64,000 nucleotides of DNA from Octopus bimaculoides (taxonomy: Eukaryota), in NCBI RefSeq assembly GCF_001194135.2, contig NC_069000.1, forward strand, positions 17,061,543-17,125,542, in the 5' to 3' direction. The notes beneath the pieces were generated by a model. It was not told where the DNA came from. It saw only the letters and a program-made list of their open reading frames with translations, and ran no database searches. Positions 23,851 through 34,572 of the stretch are shown here, piece by piece. Made by a program: the position numbers and the translations under genes. Numbering within the stretch: the first letter of the stretch is position 1; each line of letters starts with the position of its first letter.

Positions 23851-23949
23851 AGAGAGAGAGAGAGAGAGAGATAGACATGAAGTCTGTAGGATTGTGAAAT
23901 AGTGTGTAAGAGAGAAGAAAGGCTTTATTGTGTAGAAGTGCTGGTGAAA

Positions 23950-24120
23950 CATAAAAAGCACCCAGTACACTCTGTTTAGTGAATGGTGTTAGGAAGGGCA
24001 TCCCACCATAAAAACCATGCCAGAACAATGGATGCTTGTGTACCCCTGGCCTTCCTAGCTCCAGTCAAACCGTTCAACCCATGTCAGCATGGAATACAGA
24101 CATTAAATGATGATGATGAT
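23950..24120 (+). mobile_element. Older RTE-type 3' end with (GAT)n tail
   Basis: aaaagcacccagtacactc...ttaggaagggcatcc...acccatgtcagcatggaatacagacattaaa(tga)n. Confidence 0.7.
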
Positions 24121-24699
24121 CAAGTCTAACCAAAATTATGAAGGCACACTTGCCATAGCTGCTGCTACCAAGGGATATTTGTGTGGCACTACCACTAGGG
24201 AGGTAGCCTCACTCACCATTCACCTGTAAAAAGAATGCAGTATGTTTTTCCATAGTACCAGCAAAGAGATGTACACAATAACTGTAGAAAGTACTCACAG
24301 ACCACGAAGGGGAATAGGAGAGAGGAAAAGTAACAGCAAAGAAACTAGAAATGAATAGTCGAAGATGGGGATAGGAGTGTAGAGAATACACAATAGTCTT
24401 TGGAATATACATTTGTTTAGGTGACTGAGAAGAATAGCGGAGAGAGAGAGAGAGAGTAATAGCAAGGACCAGAATTGGTGGAAGAATGGAAGGAATAAGA
24501 GTATGATGGGAAAAAAGAAAAGGATATTGGGGGAGGGTGTGAGAAGATGTGTGATTGGCAATAGTAGAAGTGAATACAAAGGTAAGGATAGGTGATTGGA
24601 TAACAGCAAGAGTAAATATTAAGTGATAAAACAAGTGACTCAGGGGAGAGAGTGCTGGCTCATAGTAGAGTAGCACAAAGTTAATATGTTGAGTAGAGA

Positions 24700-24763
24700 G
24701 GATGAGGTTGTATGTGGGCCTTGTGAAGGATGAGGTTGTATGTGGGCCTTGTGAAGGATGAGG
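24700..24763. repeat. Perfect 28-bp tandem duplication
   Basis: ggatgaggttgtatgtgggccttgtgaa x2 plus a partial third unit. Confidence 0.9.
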
Positions 24764-24989
24764 GTCAGAGAAAAGTGAAATGGGTGGTATGGTCAGCACA
24801 CATGATGGAGAGATGAAAAATGGTAGATTATGAGTGATGAGGAGACAGGAGATTGGAGAGGGAGTGAGTAATAAGTAGATGAGACAGAGTGAGGTTGCAA
24901 GGTGAAGGTGCACTAAAGGCAGGCTTCTAAGCACTATCCTTGTGCTGAGGAACATTTTTCCATGGAGTACACTAATCGCTTTTCTTGAA

Positions 24990-25075
24990 TTGCTAAGTTA
25001 TAGGGATGTAAACACACCAACACTGGTTGTCAAGTGATGGTGGGGGACAAACACTGACACAAAGATACACACAAA

Positions 25076-25132
<57 letters not shown>

Positions 25133-25142
25133 NNNNNNNNNN

Positions 25143-25203
<61 letters not shown>

Positions 25204-25345
25204 GGGTTTCTTTCAGTTTCCATTTACCAAATCCACTCACAAGGCTTCAGTCAGCCCAAGACTATAGTAGAAGGCACTTGCTCGAGGTGCCGTGCAGTCG
25301 GACTGAAACCAGAACCATGTGATTGGGAAGCAAACTTCATACCAC
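24990..25345 (-). mobile_element. SINE family D with expanded internal (TG)n/(TA)n and a gap
   Basis: Head (tggtatgaagtttgcttcccaatcacatggttctggtttcagtcc) and tail on either side of the microsatellite. Confidence 0.8.
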
Positions 25346-25384
25346 ATGTTACTTTGGAAATCTATACCTACTCATTGGATCTTC

Positions 25385-25770
25385 TGCAGTACCACATACC
25401 ACCAATCAGTAAGGTCCTTTGTCATCCCCTCCATGAGATGCAGCATATTCAGGTCAACCTTCACCATTTTGCTGCGAATCATCCTTGGTCTCCCTCTTCC
25501 ACAGGTTTCACTAACTTGGAGTGTATGACACTTCCTTATGCAGCATATTCCCGTAGCAGTGAAGTCTACTCTCCCCTCTAATCCTAATTCCTCTTACATC
25601 CAACTTTTCACTCAATTCATATGTACTCTGGCATTCATGCACACTAACATTATATGCCCTTCAAAACATACTGGCTTCATTTCTTTCAAATATTCCCAAA
25701 TCATCTACATTCAAGGCCCACATCTTACTGTTATGCAGCATTGCAGATCTAACAAAAGCACGTTTTAATG
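25385..25770 (-). mobile_element. RTE LINE 3' coding fragment (degenerate)
   Basis: Similar to 1-410 and 13385-13600 (...GRGRPRMI...KVDL...). Confidence 0.65.
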
Positions 25771-26021
25771 GTTTGATTTAGAGAAAGTATCTTTGGTTCA
25801 TTAACTTAGCAGTGTCTCATGGATTCACATGCTAACAAGGTTTTATTTGAAGTTTTCAAGCAAACTGATTTCACCTGTCAATACAGATAACCTAATTTTT
25901 TGGTAATCAGACAGCAACAATAAATCTCAGCCAATGAATGAATGTGAAATTGCTCTCAAACTATGCCCAGCTGTCTTAAAAAAAAACATACACATTGAAT
26001 AATGTAATTGAAAGAACACTC

Positions 26022-26240
26022 ATCATCATCATCATTTAATGTCTGTTTTCCATGACGGCATGAGTTGGAGAGTTTGACAGGAGCTGACAAGCCTGAGGAC
26101 TGTGCCAATCTCTACTGTATGCTTTGGCATGGTCTCTATAGCTGGATGTCCTTCCTAACACCAGCCACTTTACAGAGTGCACAGGGTAACTTTTAATTGG
26201 CACCAGCACTGGCAACGTCACCAAGTAACTTGCAAGATAA
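26022..26240 (-). mobile_element. Older RTE-type 3' end with (CAT)n tail
   Basis: catcatcatttaatgtctgttttccatgacggcatgagttgg...gctggatgtccttcctaacacc. Confidence 0.7.
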
Positions 26241-26639
26241 AGACCAGTGAACGAAGAGGGGGAATGGTATTGAGGGAGGTGGTTTTGTGCCAGTTGATGA
26301 GAGGTTAAAAAGTATAATAGAAGGATAGAGATAGATGTCTTGCTATAGAAAAGATACATGGCTACCCTAGTTGGAAAAGAGAGAGAGATAGAGAAAGTAT
26401 GGTGGTGGAGATGTGCCAGAATATAATCTCAAAGTACGGAGCAGGGGGTGAATATAAGGGAAGTGATACAGTGTATTGGATTGGGTGAGTGGGCAGGGGA
26501 GGACAGAGGGGTATGTTCATTAAGAGTGTGAGGAGAGATGGAGTAGAAAAAAAGATGGTCACAGTTGTTATGCCTTTCATCATAGATCAGTTCAATCAGG
26601 ATCAACCTAGGGTTAAACAACAAGAAATTCATGCCTTAC

Positions 26640-26760
26640 TAGATTTTAATAAAGGTTTTGGTATGACTCTCTGTGGTTCCACAAATCTGCCACGAGTTTT
26701 CCAGAGTCTCTTGATCAATGGCCCACGATGTAGAGCACATACAGCAACTGTTATCCTCAT
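26640..26760 (-). CDS. MRPL37: MRPL37 coding exon 1/8 (start codon, mitochondrial presequence)
   Basis: Exon 26771-26640 with acceptor ctttcag and donor gtaagg; MRITVAVCALHRGPLIKRLWKTRGRF is basic and acid-free. The eight exons total 1260 nt = 419 aa plus stop, with no internal stop. Confidence 0.88.
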
Positions 26761-26879
26761 TGTAATTATATCTGAAAGACAAAGACATAAATAGTATACT
26801 GAGTTGAATGCAGGGATTAATCTAGGATGGAACAGAGAATTTTGTGCTTTAAGCAAAGGCTTGCATACATGTGATGGAC

Positions 26880-27110
26880 TCTCCCATCGAAGATGATGTA
26901 TGAGGGTTCAGCTTTTGCTGAACGACTTGCACAAATGATTTGTTAATAGTGATCAAATGTATGTGCGGTATATTAGCTCACTCCCTCCATCAAATTGACA
27001 TTGCCTGAACAGGTGCACTGTACCATGCGTCAGGTGTCAAAGTGATCGCAGAGCAATGTAAGATGAAGTGTTTTGCTCAAGAACACAACACACCACCTGG
27101 TCTAGAAATG
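26880..27110 (-). mobile_element. CORE-like SINE fragment (further family)
   Basis: Minus strand tgtgttcttgagcaaaacacttcatcttacattgctctgcgatcac. Confidence 0.55.
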
Positions 27111-27344
27111 ATTTTATTAAAAAAAGAATTCTAAAAAAAGTCAATCAAATTCACGCTTAATACTTATTTGTTAAGTTTAGTATTTATTCTATTGCTCACT
27201 ATTTTGTTGAACTAGTAACTTACAAGCACAAAAACAATTAGTATTACAAATCATGAAGAGAGAGAGATACAAACAAACACATACATACATGCACATATAT
27301 ATATTCTTTTAATTGTTTCAGTTGTTAGACTGTTGTTATAGGAT

Positions 27345-27640
27345 CACCAACCATCACACAGTGACGCCCTGAGAGAATCCAGCGTTCGTTCAATCAGGGC
27401 AGATAAAGTCTGTACGGTCAGCCACTTCAACTAGGATGCATTTTTTTTTTTAATTCTTTCGATGCCACCGAAAACCCAATGGCCAGGGTGCCATGCACCG
27501 CGATGATATTTTCGATGAAGAAACTTACTTTCATCAATTTCCACAACTAGTGGTCGCCCATTACCATCAACACCGCAGATTTCCATTGGGTTTTGTTGAA
27601 GCCAAACGTCACAGACATCACGGCAAAAATGACTTCCCAT
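27345..27640 (-). mobile_element. Merlin (IS1595/ISXO2-like) DDE transposase fragment
   Basis: VVEIDESKFLHRKYHRGAWHPGHWVFGGIER, then after frameshifts LVEVADR..TLSALIER....CDGW. Confidence 0.8.
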
Positions 27641-27845
27641 TCAATTTTTATTTACTTTTTTTAAATCCCCCATACTGAAAGATTACAAAAACGGGTAAAG
27701 TTATAAAAAAAAACAGATGATGACCAAGACGAAGATGCTGATATTTACAAAAAAAAGATTAAGAAATAAATTCTAAGTTTTGAAAACTCAGGAATAATTG
27801 CAATTGTCCAAACTCAGAAAAAGAAATCTGTGAAATAAGATCTTT

Positions 27846-28168
27846 CGGCATTCCGTCGGTTACGACGACGAAGGTTCCAGTTGATCCGATCAACGGGACA
27901 GTCTGCTTGTGAAATTAACGTGCAAGCGGCTGAGCACTCCATGTATGCGTACCCTTAACTTAGGTCTCAGAGAGATTCAGCATGACACAGAGTGTGACAA
28001 AGATGGCCCTTTGAATTACTGGTACTACTAATTTTTGCCAGCTGAATGGACAGAAGCAACGTGAAATAAAGTGTCTTGCTCAAGGACACAACGCGTCGCC
28101 GGGAATCGAACTCACGACCTTACGAACGTGAGTCGAATACTCTAACCAGTAAGCAGAGCAGCTTCACA
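27846..28168 (-). mobile_element. tRNA-derived SINE, family B
   Basis: Minus-strand B box gagttcgattccc, CORE-like tgtgtccttgagcaagacactttatttcacgttgc, and the family-A-type tail with hairpin gttccagttgatccgatcaac. Confidence 0.85.
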
Positions 28169-28448
28169 TAACAAGATTTGAGTGTTGCTAAAACCAAATT
28201 CTTAGTAATACCGGATGTCTCGTTGAAACAAAAAACTTGTGTAGTAAGTAATAAGACACCGGTGTCTAGCAAAACCCAGGTGCGTGGTTTTAGTCAAGGT
28301 TATAGAAAAAGACACGTGAAGAGGTAGAAATGCATGAAAATAAAATCACTAAACGAAAGACAATGAGATAAAGAGACATAAAATAACAGTTATTATAAGA
28401 ACAATTAATAAAAATAATAAACAATACAAACACAACATTAAGACTTAC

Positions 28449-28520
28449 GTTGCTGTTTTCCTACTCAAGAGATTGATAACATTTGACGAGATCAGGGATG
28501 ACATACACAAGGGAGATAAC
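28449..28520 (-). other. MRPL37: Probable 5' UTR exon of MRPL37 (5' end unknown)
   Basis: Strong donor AAC|gtaagt at 28449; the first coding exon has an acceptor only 11 nt before its ATG, so an upstream exon is required. Confidence 0.5.
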
Positions 28521-29220
28521 TGTAGTTGCCGGTGAAGAGTAATTGTTAGTTTCCGATGAGGAATGTCGTTTATTATTAAATAAATCACTGAAGGGAAATA
28601 ACTCAGTTGGCATAGTCTATTCCAATGTTTTCCAACATATTTTCCCACTGGCCTCGCTATAACTTTCTATAAAAATGTAAGCCACACCGGTGATTGGAAA
28701 AAATACTTTATTTTTAATATTTCATAATTATATATTTTCTTTTGTTTTTAGCTGACAACTCATGCTGTCACGTACAAAATGACAGCTTCCAAATCCTGTG
28801 TTCTGACTGGGTGAAGATGATCAAACTTTAAACCTCTATAACTTTTTTTTTTTAATTTTTCCGGAAAAAGTGAAATATCTCTTGATATTCATCTTGGAAA
28901 ACTACATTATTGTATCAGGTTTTAAAATTTTCAATAACTCAGAATTTTTGAAAATTGGCAGCTAAACTGAAAAAATCCCATGAATTTGCTTTATTTCATT
29001 TCATTTTATAATTATTCAACACACTAACCGAAGAGCGAGTTTCTGCAGAATCAATTGATCTATAAGAGATGGCAACTAAATTTCCCTAAAATCACACTCT
29101 AACCCTTTATAATATCATTCCATATATCCCTAAATAGGCCGGTCGATCAAGGCCGGAATATTTTTGATAACCGGCTTGCTCGATCAGAGATAATCTGGAC
29201 TTAACTAATTGTACAATCCA

Positions 29221-29880
29221 CTTCTTATTTATCAACGACCTACTTGCAGCCACCTCCAACACCGCCCAGATAGATAGTAGTACCATTCACTGCTCACTAA
29301 ACTTCCATACCCAAGCGTCGAGACAAATACTGATTCCATACCCAAGCGTCAAAACAAATTCATAATCAGATACCGTGAGAGCATTCTCCAAATTAGTCTC
29401 CTTCAACAACACAAGGACACAATCACTGCACATACTATGAAAACAATAAGAGCATTGTAGTTCGCTTGGAGTATTGTACTGCAAAAGTTAAAAAAGAATG
29501 TAAATAGATATTTCTTAGACTACTTCCTTGTGAAGATAGGGTTTTGTGCCCGAAATATAAAGGATTTTGTAAAGCTTTCTGCATTGTTCGAAGCTTTCTT
29601 CATTTCCATTTTCATTTTCTACTTATGAAAACAATATTGTAATGCCTGATTCTTCTAAACATTAACAACATGCAACTAGAACTCTTAAAGACACAGCAAA
29701 TGCTAGGCGTCACCATCACTGTCGGTTTCTAATGATGGTCTCACATCCTCAACATAACAAAGATTGCTTGCAAAGGCTGGCCTTTCTCTGCGGGAGTAGA
29801 AAATACATTAACTTCCACAATTACTAACCCTTTACAAAGTTCGTGAGAACCAAAATGAAATACTTCCTGACATTGCGTGT
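29221..29880 (+). mobile_element. Jockey/CR1-group LINE RT fragment (degenerate)
   Basis: LLFINDLL..TSN, MLGVTIT...SHILNITKIA, QRLAFLCGSRKY and QLLTLYK..VRTKMKY across frameshifts. Confidence 0.6.
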
Positions 29881-29960
29881 GTATAAATATATATTTAACT
29901 GTCGAACAATGAGAATGAGAGTTCAACACTACATTGGTGGATAAAAATTTCTTTATATGT

Positions 29961-30030
29961 GTATTAAGGCTACCATTGGTTTCATGTCAAGAAAAATATC
30001 TTAACATGAAACCAATGGTTGCCTTAATAC
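29961..30030. repeat. 70-bp palindrome; TTAA-flanked 56-bp mini-element with GG..CC ends
   Basis: 27-bp arms with one mismatch; TTAA at 29964-29967 and 30024-30027. Confidence 0.85.
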
Positions 30031-30164
30031 AGAAATAAAGAAATTTTATCCATCAAAGCGGTGTTAAGCACTCATTTTCCTTGTTCGACATTTGCATATC
30101 ATTGCTTCCGACGTCCCCAAACACCGGATAAGCACCAAATAGAGAATCAAAACAAACCATATAA

Positions 30165-30390
<226 letters not shown>

Positions 30391-30429
30391 TGGCTTCATG
30401 CAGGCATAGCATGGATTCGATCGTCAAAT

Positions 30430-30690
30430 TTCACTGCGGTACTTACCGTTACCTAATTGAGGGACCAGAATTTAAATTCAAAGACGGGCAAACCTTCAAA
30501 GTTAAGTCCAATCTCACCTGCAACACAGAAAACCTGATCTACATAACTCCGTGCAATGATTGCCAGCATAATTACATAGGTCAAACAGGCGGATCGTTAC
30601 GCAACTGAATGGTGACCCATCGCCAACAAATCCGAGACAAAAGCACGAGGAAAATTCCTCTCAGCAGTCACATTGCAACCTGTGCAGGGA
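30430..30690 (+). mobile_element. Penelope-like element GIY-YIG endonuclease fragment
   Basis: FKVKSNLTCNTENLIYITPCNDCQHNYIGQTGGSLRN*MVTHRQQI: the PLE C..NLIY...C..C...YIGQT pattern with a stop. Confidence 0.85.
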
Positions 30691-32195
30691 CTATGAAAAC
30701 CTGCATCGATGAAACAAAGAAGTTTTTCGAACAGTAAATTCAAAGGAAAGGGTCCCAGACATTTTGGAGGCAGAAGTTAGAAATTTTATATACGAAATGA
30801 AAAACAATAAAACTACAGGTTCAGATGGGATTGAAATAGAATTGTTAAAAGTGGTTGAACCAAGTAGAGAGAAGCGAGTAGCTAAACTATATGCAAAATG
30901 CCTGCGGGAACATAAGATACCAGATGTGTGGAAAACTTCCGAACTGATCCTTCTTTATAAAAAGAGGGATGCCAGAGATCTAAAGAATTGCAGACCAATC
31001 AGTCTTCTATCACATATCTACAAGATCTTCTAAAGTATATCAAAAAGAATTGAGAGAAAGCTGTATGAGAACAGTACAGCAGAGCAGGCGGGCGTCAGGA
31101 AATCTATTGTACATTAGATCACATACACGCTATAACCAACTGGGGGAAACTGAAAGACTTACAACATACCATTATGCCCAATATTTGTAGATTTTGAAAA
31201 ACCTTTTGCTTCCGTTAAAATTGATGATATACCAAGAGCACTAAAGGAAAAGGGAATCGAAAGAGACTACGTGAAGTTATTAGAGAATGTACGCACCAAC
31301 TGCAGACCTTCAGCGACTATAAACAACAAAGCGACTAATATCAAAATTGGTAAAGGTGTCAGACAAGGGGACACCATATCACTCAAATTATTCACATCTG
31401 TATTAGAAAAGGTTTTTAAGAACTTATATTGGTCAGATGAAGGAGAAAATATAAACGGATGCATATTAAATCACCTCAGATTTACTGATGAAACTGCATT
31501 CATTTTCAGGGGCATTAAAGAATTAACAGAAATGCTCTGAGAAATAAAAGAAGAGTAAAAAATGTGGACTCAGAATTAATATTAGTAAAATGAAGACAAT
31601 CTCCAACAATTTAATAACAGCTGGAAATGTAAAAATAATAATCTGTTTAAAGGATAAAAATCAGACCAAAGAAATTGAATGATGAATACAATTGGGATTG
31701 ACAGCCTTTGGTAAATTGAATCACACCATGAGCAATAATTTGCCCATGTATCTAAAAAGAAAGGTCTTAACTAGTGTGTGCTGCCTACCATTATGTATAC
31801 ATAAGACACATGGACTACCAACAAGAGCATTGAAAATAGATTAAAATCAACACAAAGAGCCATGGAAAAGAGAAGTCTAAGGATTAACAAAATGGATAAG
31901 TGGAGAAACAACAGAATAAGAGCGGCAACAGATATTATGCGTAAGATAAAAACTCTGAAATGGTTTTTCGCGAGACGTGTTTAGAAAGGACAATAGATGG
32001 AATAGCAAATTGACAGAGTGGACAACACACCCAGAAAAAAATGGAGGGGAAAACCATGCAGAAGGTGGAATAAAGACCTTTTTAAATTCTTCGGCCTCCA
32101 AACATGGATGAGTAAAACATTGGACCGTGATCGGTGGAGAGAACATACTGAGGCATTCGTCCAGCAGTAGACTGAACATGTGCAAGGATGATCAT
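30690..32195 (+). mobile_element. 5'-truncated RTE LINE (RT domain to 3' end), pseudogenised
   Basis: KTTGSDGI...WKTSELILLYKK.D..DLKNCRPISLLSHIYKIF*, GKGVRQGDTISLKLFT, LNHLRFTDE; many stops and frameshifts. Confidence 0.9.
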
Positions 32196-32979
32196 ATATA
32201 CGTACGTGCGTACATACACAATACGTTTAAATTTTGAATAAAACGTACAAGTTACGTCATAATTATTGAGAAAGTGTATTGAGAAAAAGACATTTAGAGA
32301 CTCAACGCAGACACAAGCACACACAGGCACGCACAAACTTTAGTTTAAACAACTAGTTAGATTAGATAGATACATTCTTATTATTTTTCTAGAACATTCA
32401 GCAAATAAACTAACCATTCTATGAAGAAAGAATGATCAGTATAGTCACTTGCCTACTTGCCTGTGTGTGCATTAGTTTGTGTTGCTTTTGTCTCTAACTG
32501 GTTTTATTATTATTTGTTATAGTCTTCATCATCACGGTCAGCAAGGATGCTGCTTTCGCCGTTTTCTTTAAACATAGAGTAAAACAATTGTGAATCATTA
32601 CATCAAGATGGTGAAGATGATATCTTTATTAATACTTTTATATACCGTTCCTTGATAGGAAAAATATACTGGAGCAAGAATTTCGTGTCTGCAGTAGCTA
32701 ATATGCTAACATAGTCATCATTTTCAGGTATCGTTGTCAATAGATTCCTCATATTTTCGATTCTTCTAATGTTTTATCCTAACAACAATGCAAAGTATTT
32801 TCCTCTTTCGCTCTTCTCTCCTTCCTTCCTTCCTTCCTTCCTTTTATTCTTTCTTGCCTTTTCCCCTTTTTCTTGTAACTGTATTTCTCTTTTCTACTTC
32901 CTGTTCCGAGGTCCAACTCCTAAAACTGAATTCTTACCCAAACCCTTACACACTTACACACACACACACACCCTCCCCC

Positions 32980-33017
<38 letters not shown>

Positions 33018-33499
33018 NNNNNNNNNNNNNNNNNNNNNNNNNNNNNNNNNNNNNNNNNNNNNNNNNNNNNNNNNNNNNNNNNNNNNNNNNNNNNNNNNNN
33101 NNNNNNNNNNNNNNNNNNNNNNNNNNNNNNNNNNNNNNNNNNNNNNNNNNNNNNNNNNNNNNNNNNNNNNNNNNNNNNNNNNNNNNNNNNNNNNNNNNNN
33201 NNNNNNNNNNNNNNNNNNNNNNNNNNNNNNNNNNNNNNNNNNNNNNNNNNNNNNNNNNNNNNNNNNNNNNNNNNNNNNNNNNNNNNNNNNNNNNNNNNNN
33301 NNNNNNNNNNNNNNNNNNNNNNNNNNNNNNNNNNNNNNNNNNNNNNNNNNNNNNNNNNNNNNNNNNNNNNNNNNNNNNNNNNNNNNNNNNNNNNNNNNNN
33401 NNNNNNNNNNNNNNNNNNNNNNNNNNNNNNNNNNNNNNNNNNNNNNNNNNNNNNNNNNNNNNNNNNNNNNNNNNNNNNNNNNNNNNNNNNNNNNNNNNN

Positions 33500-33571
<72 letters not shown>

Positions 33572-33869
33572 CGCAATATGCTTGGTTGTGTCAATGTCTG
33601 CTGAACTATTTGAAGATTCTTGTTTCTGGTACACTTCGGTCAGTAAGTAGGACGTAACTGATAGGTATCAACTTGTAATAGTTGGATTCGACCCCACATT
33701 TTGCCACATAGTAATCATAAGTTGGTCATGCGCGCAAATTCGATTTCGGTCCAGTCAACGGCTGTTGTTCGCATGATAGTCTGGTGGCATGACTAGAACC
33801 TTCCGTGAACAGAGCCTACAAATATAGCTCACTAGTGGCTTCTAAGATAGTATATAGCTGTTAAGCAAC

Positions 33870-33970
33870 TGACCCCGAATGGGAAGATCCGCAAACAGAT
33901 CTCTGACTTGTTCTGGAGAATTTGTTGCAATTGCTTCCTCCAAAGTCATTTCCCAATGATGACCAAACTT
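33870..33970 (-). mobile_element. Possible Helitron Rep/helicase fragment
   Basis: HWEMTLEEAIATNSPEQVRDLFA resembles the Helitron W..TL.EA.....P.Q.R.LFA motif; short. Confidence 0.4.
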
Positions 33971-33999
33971 GTCGCAAAAAAATCAGGCAAAAAAAAAAG

Positions 34000-34270
34000 A
34001 AATCGCCGCAAACAATCGCAGTAATGAAAACATAGGAATCCAAAATTTCAGGATCGCAGGTCCAGATTCGGCCCGGAATGTTTTTAATTTACTCATGGAG
34101 TTAGCTTTTAGATTATAAAAATTGTTATCGTACAAAAAAATTCGTTGCAAAAAGTCACGTAAAAAAATCACCGAATACAATCACAGTAATGAAAACTTGA
34201 GAATCCCAAATTTCAGGATTGTGGGTCCGGATTCGGCTCGGAACGTTTTTAATTTACTCACGGAGTCAGC
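34000..34270. repeat. Two diverged ~105-bp direct repeats, ~165-bp period
   Basis: caatc(g/a)cagtaatgaaaac...aatttcaggat...gattcggc.cggaa.gtttttaatttactca.ggagt.agc at 34000-34105 and 34165-34270. Confidence 0.8.
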
Positions 34271-34394
34271 CTGATTCCAAAATACTTCAGAGCCCAGTTT
34301 ATAATTCGATGACAATTCCTAGGAAAAGGAAATCGTAACTGACAGCACAGTGTCCCCTTTCTTCAGCATGGAAACAAAATCGCCTTATAATGCT

Positions 34395-34572
34395 TTCAAA
34401 CTTTGGTACAAGGCTAACAAGTTCGGTGGAGGAGCTAAGTCGCTCGACTGCTACTTAACTTATCGACCCCGAAAGGATGAAAGACAAATTCAAACTCGGC
34501 GGAACATAAAGACGGACAAAATGCCGCTAAGCAATTTGCCCGGTATGCTAACGATTCTGCTAGTTCATCGCC
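34395..34572 (-). mobile_element. tRNA-derived SINE, family C
   Basis: ttatcgaccccgaaaggatgaaagacaaa...gctaacgattctgctagttcatcgcc. Confidence 0.75.

Noticed and set aside
24209-24955. 248-aa hydrophobic minus-strand ORF
   Set aside because: Produced by a purine-rich low-complexity tract inside an MRPL37 intron; no motifs or coding character.
29850-29865. Minus-strand FHFG peptide as the missing Ctr N-terminal exon
   Set aside because: Lies downstream of the TM1 exon, has no Met-rich motif and is antisense to a LINE fragment.
32769-33657. Long ORFs spanning N runs (also near 36731, 45686, 49477, 51054 and 63219)
   Set aside because: Artefacts of translating assembly gaps as X.
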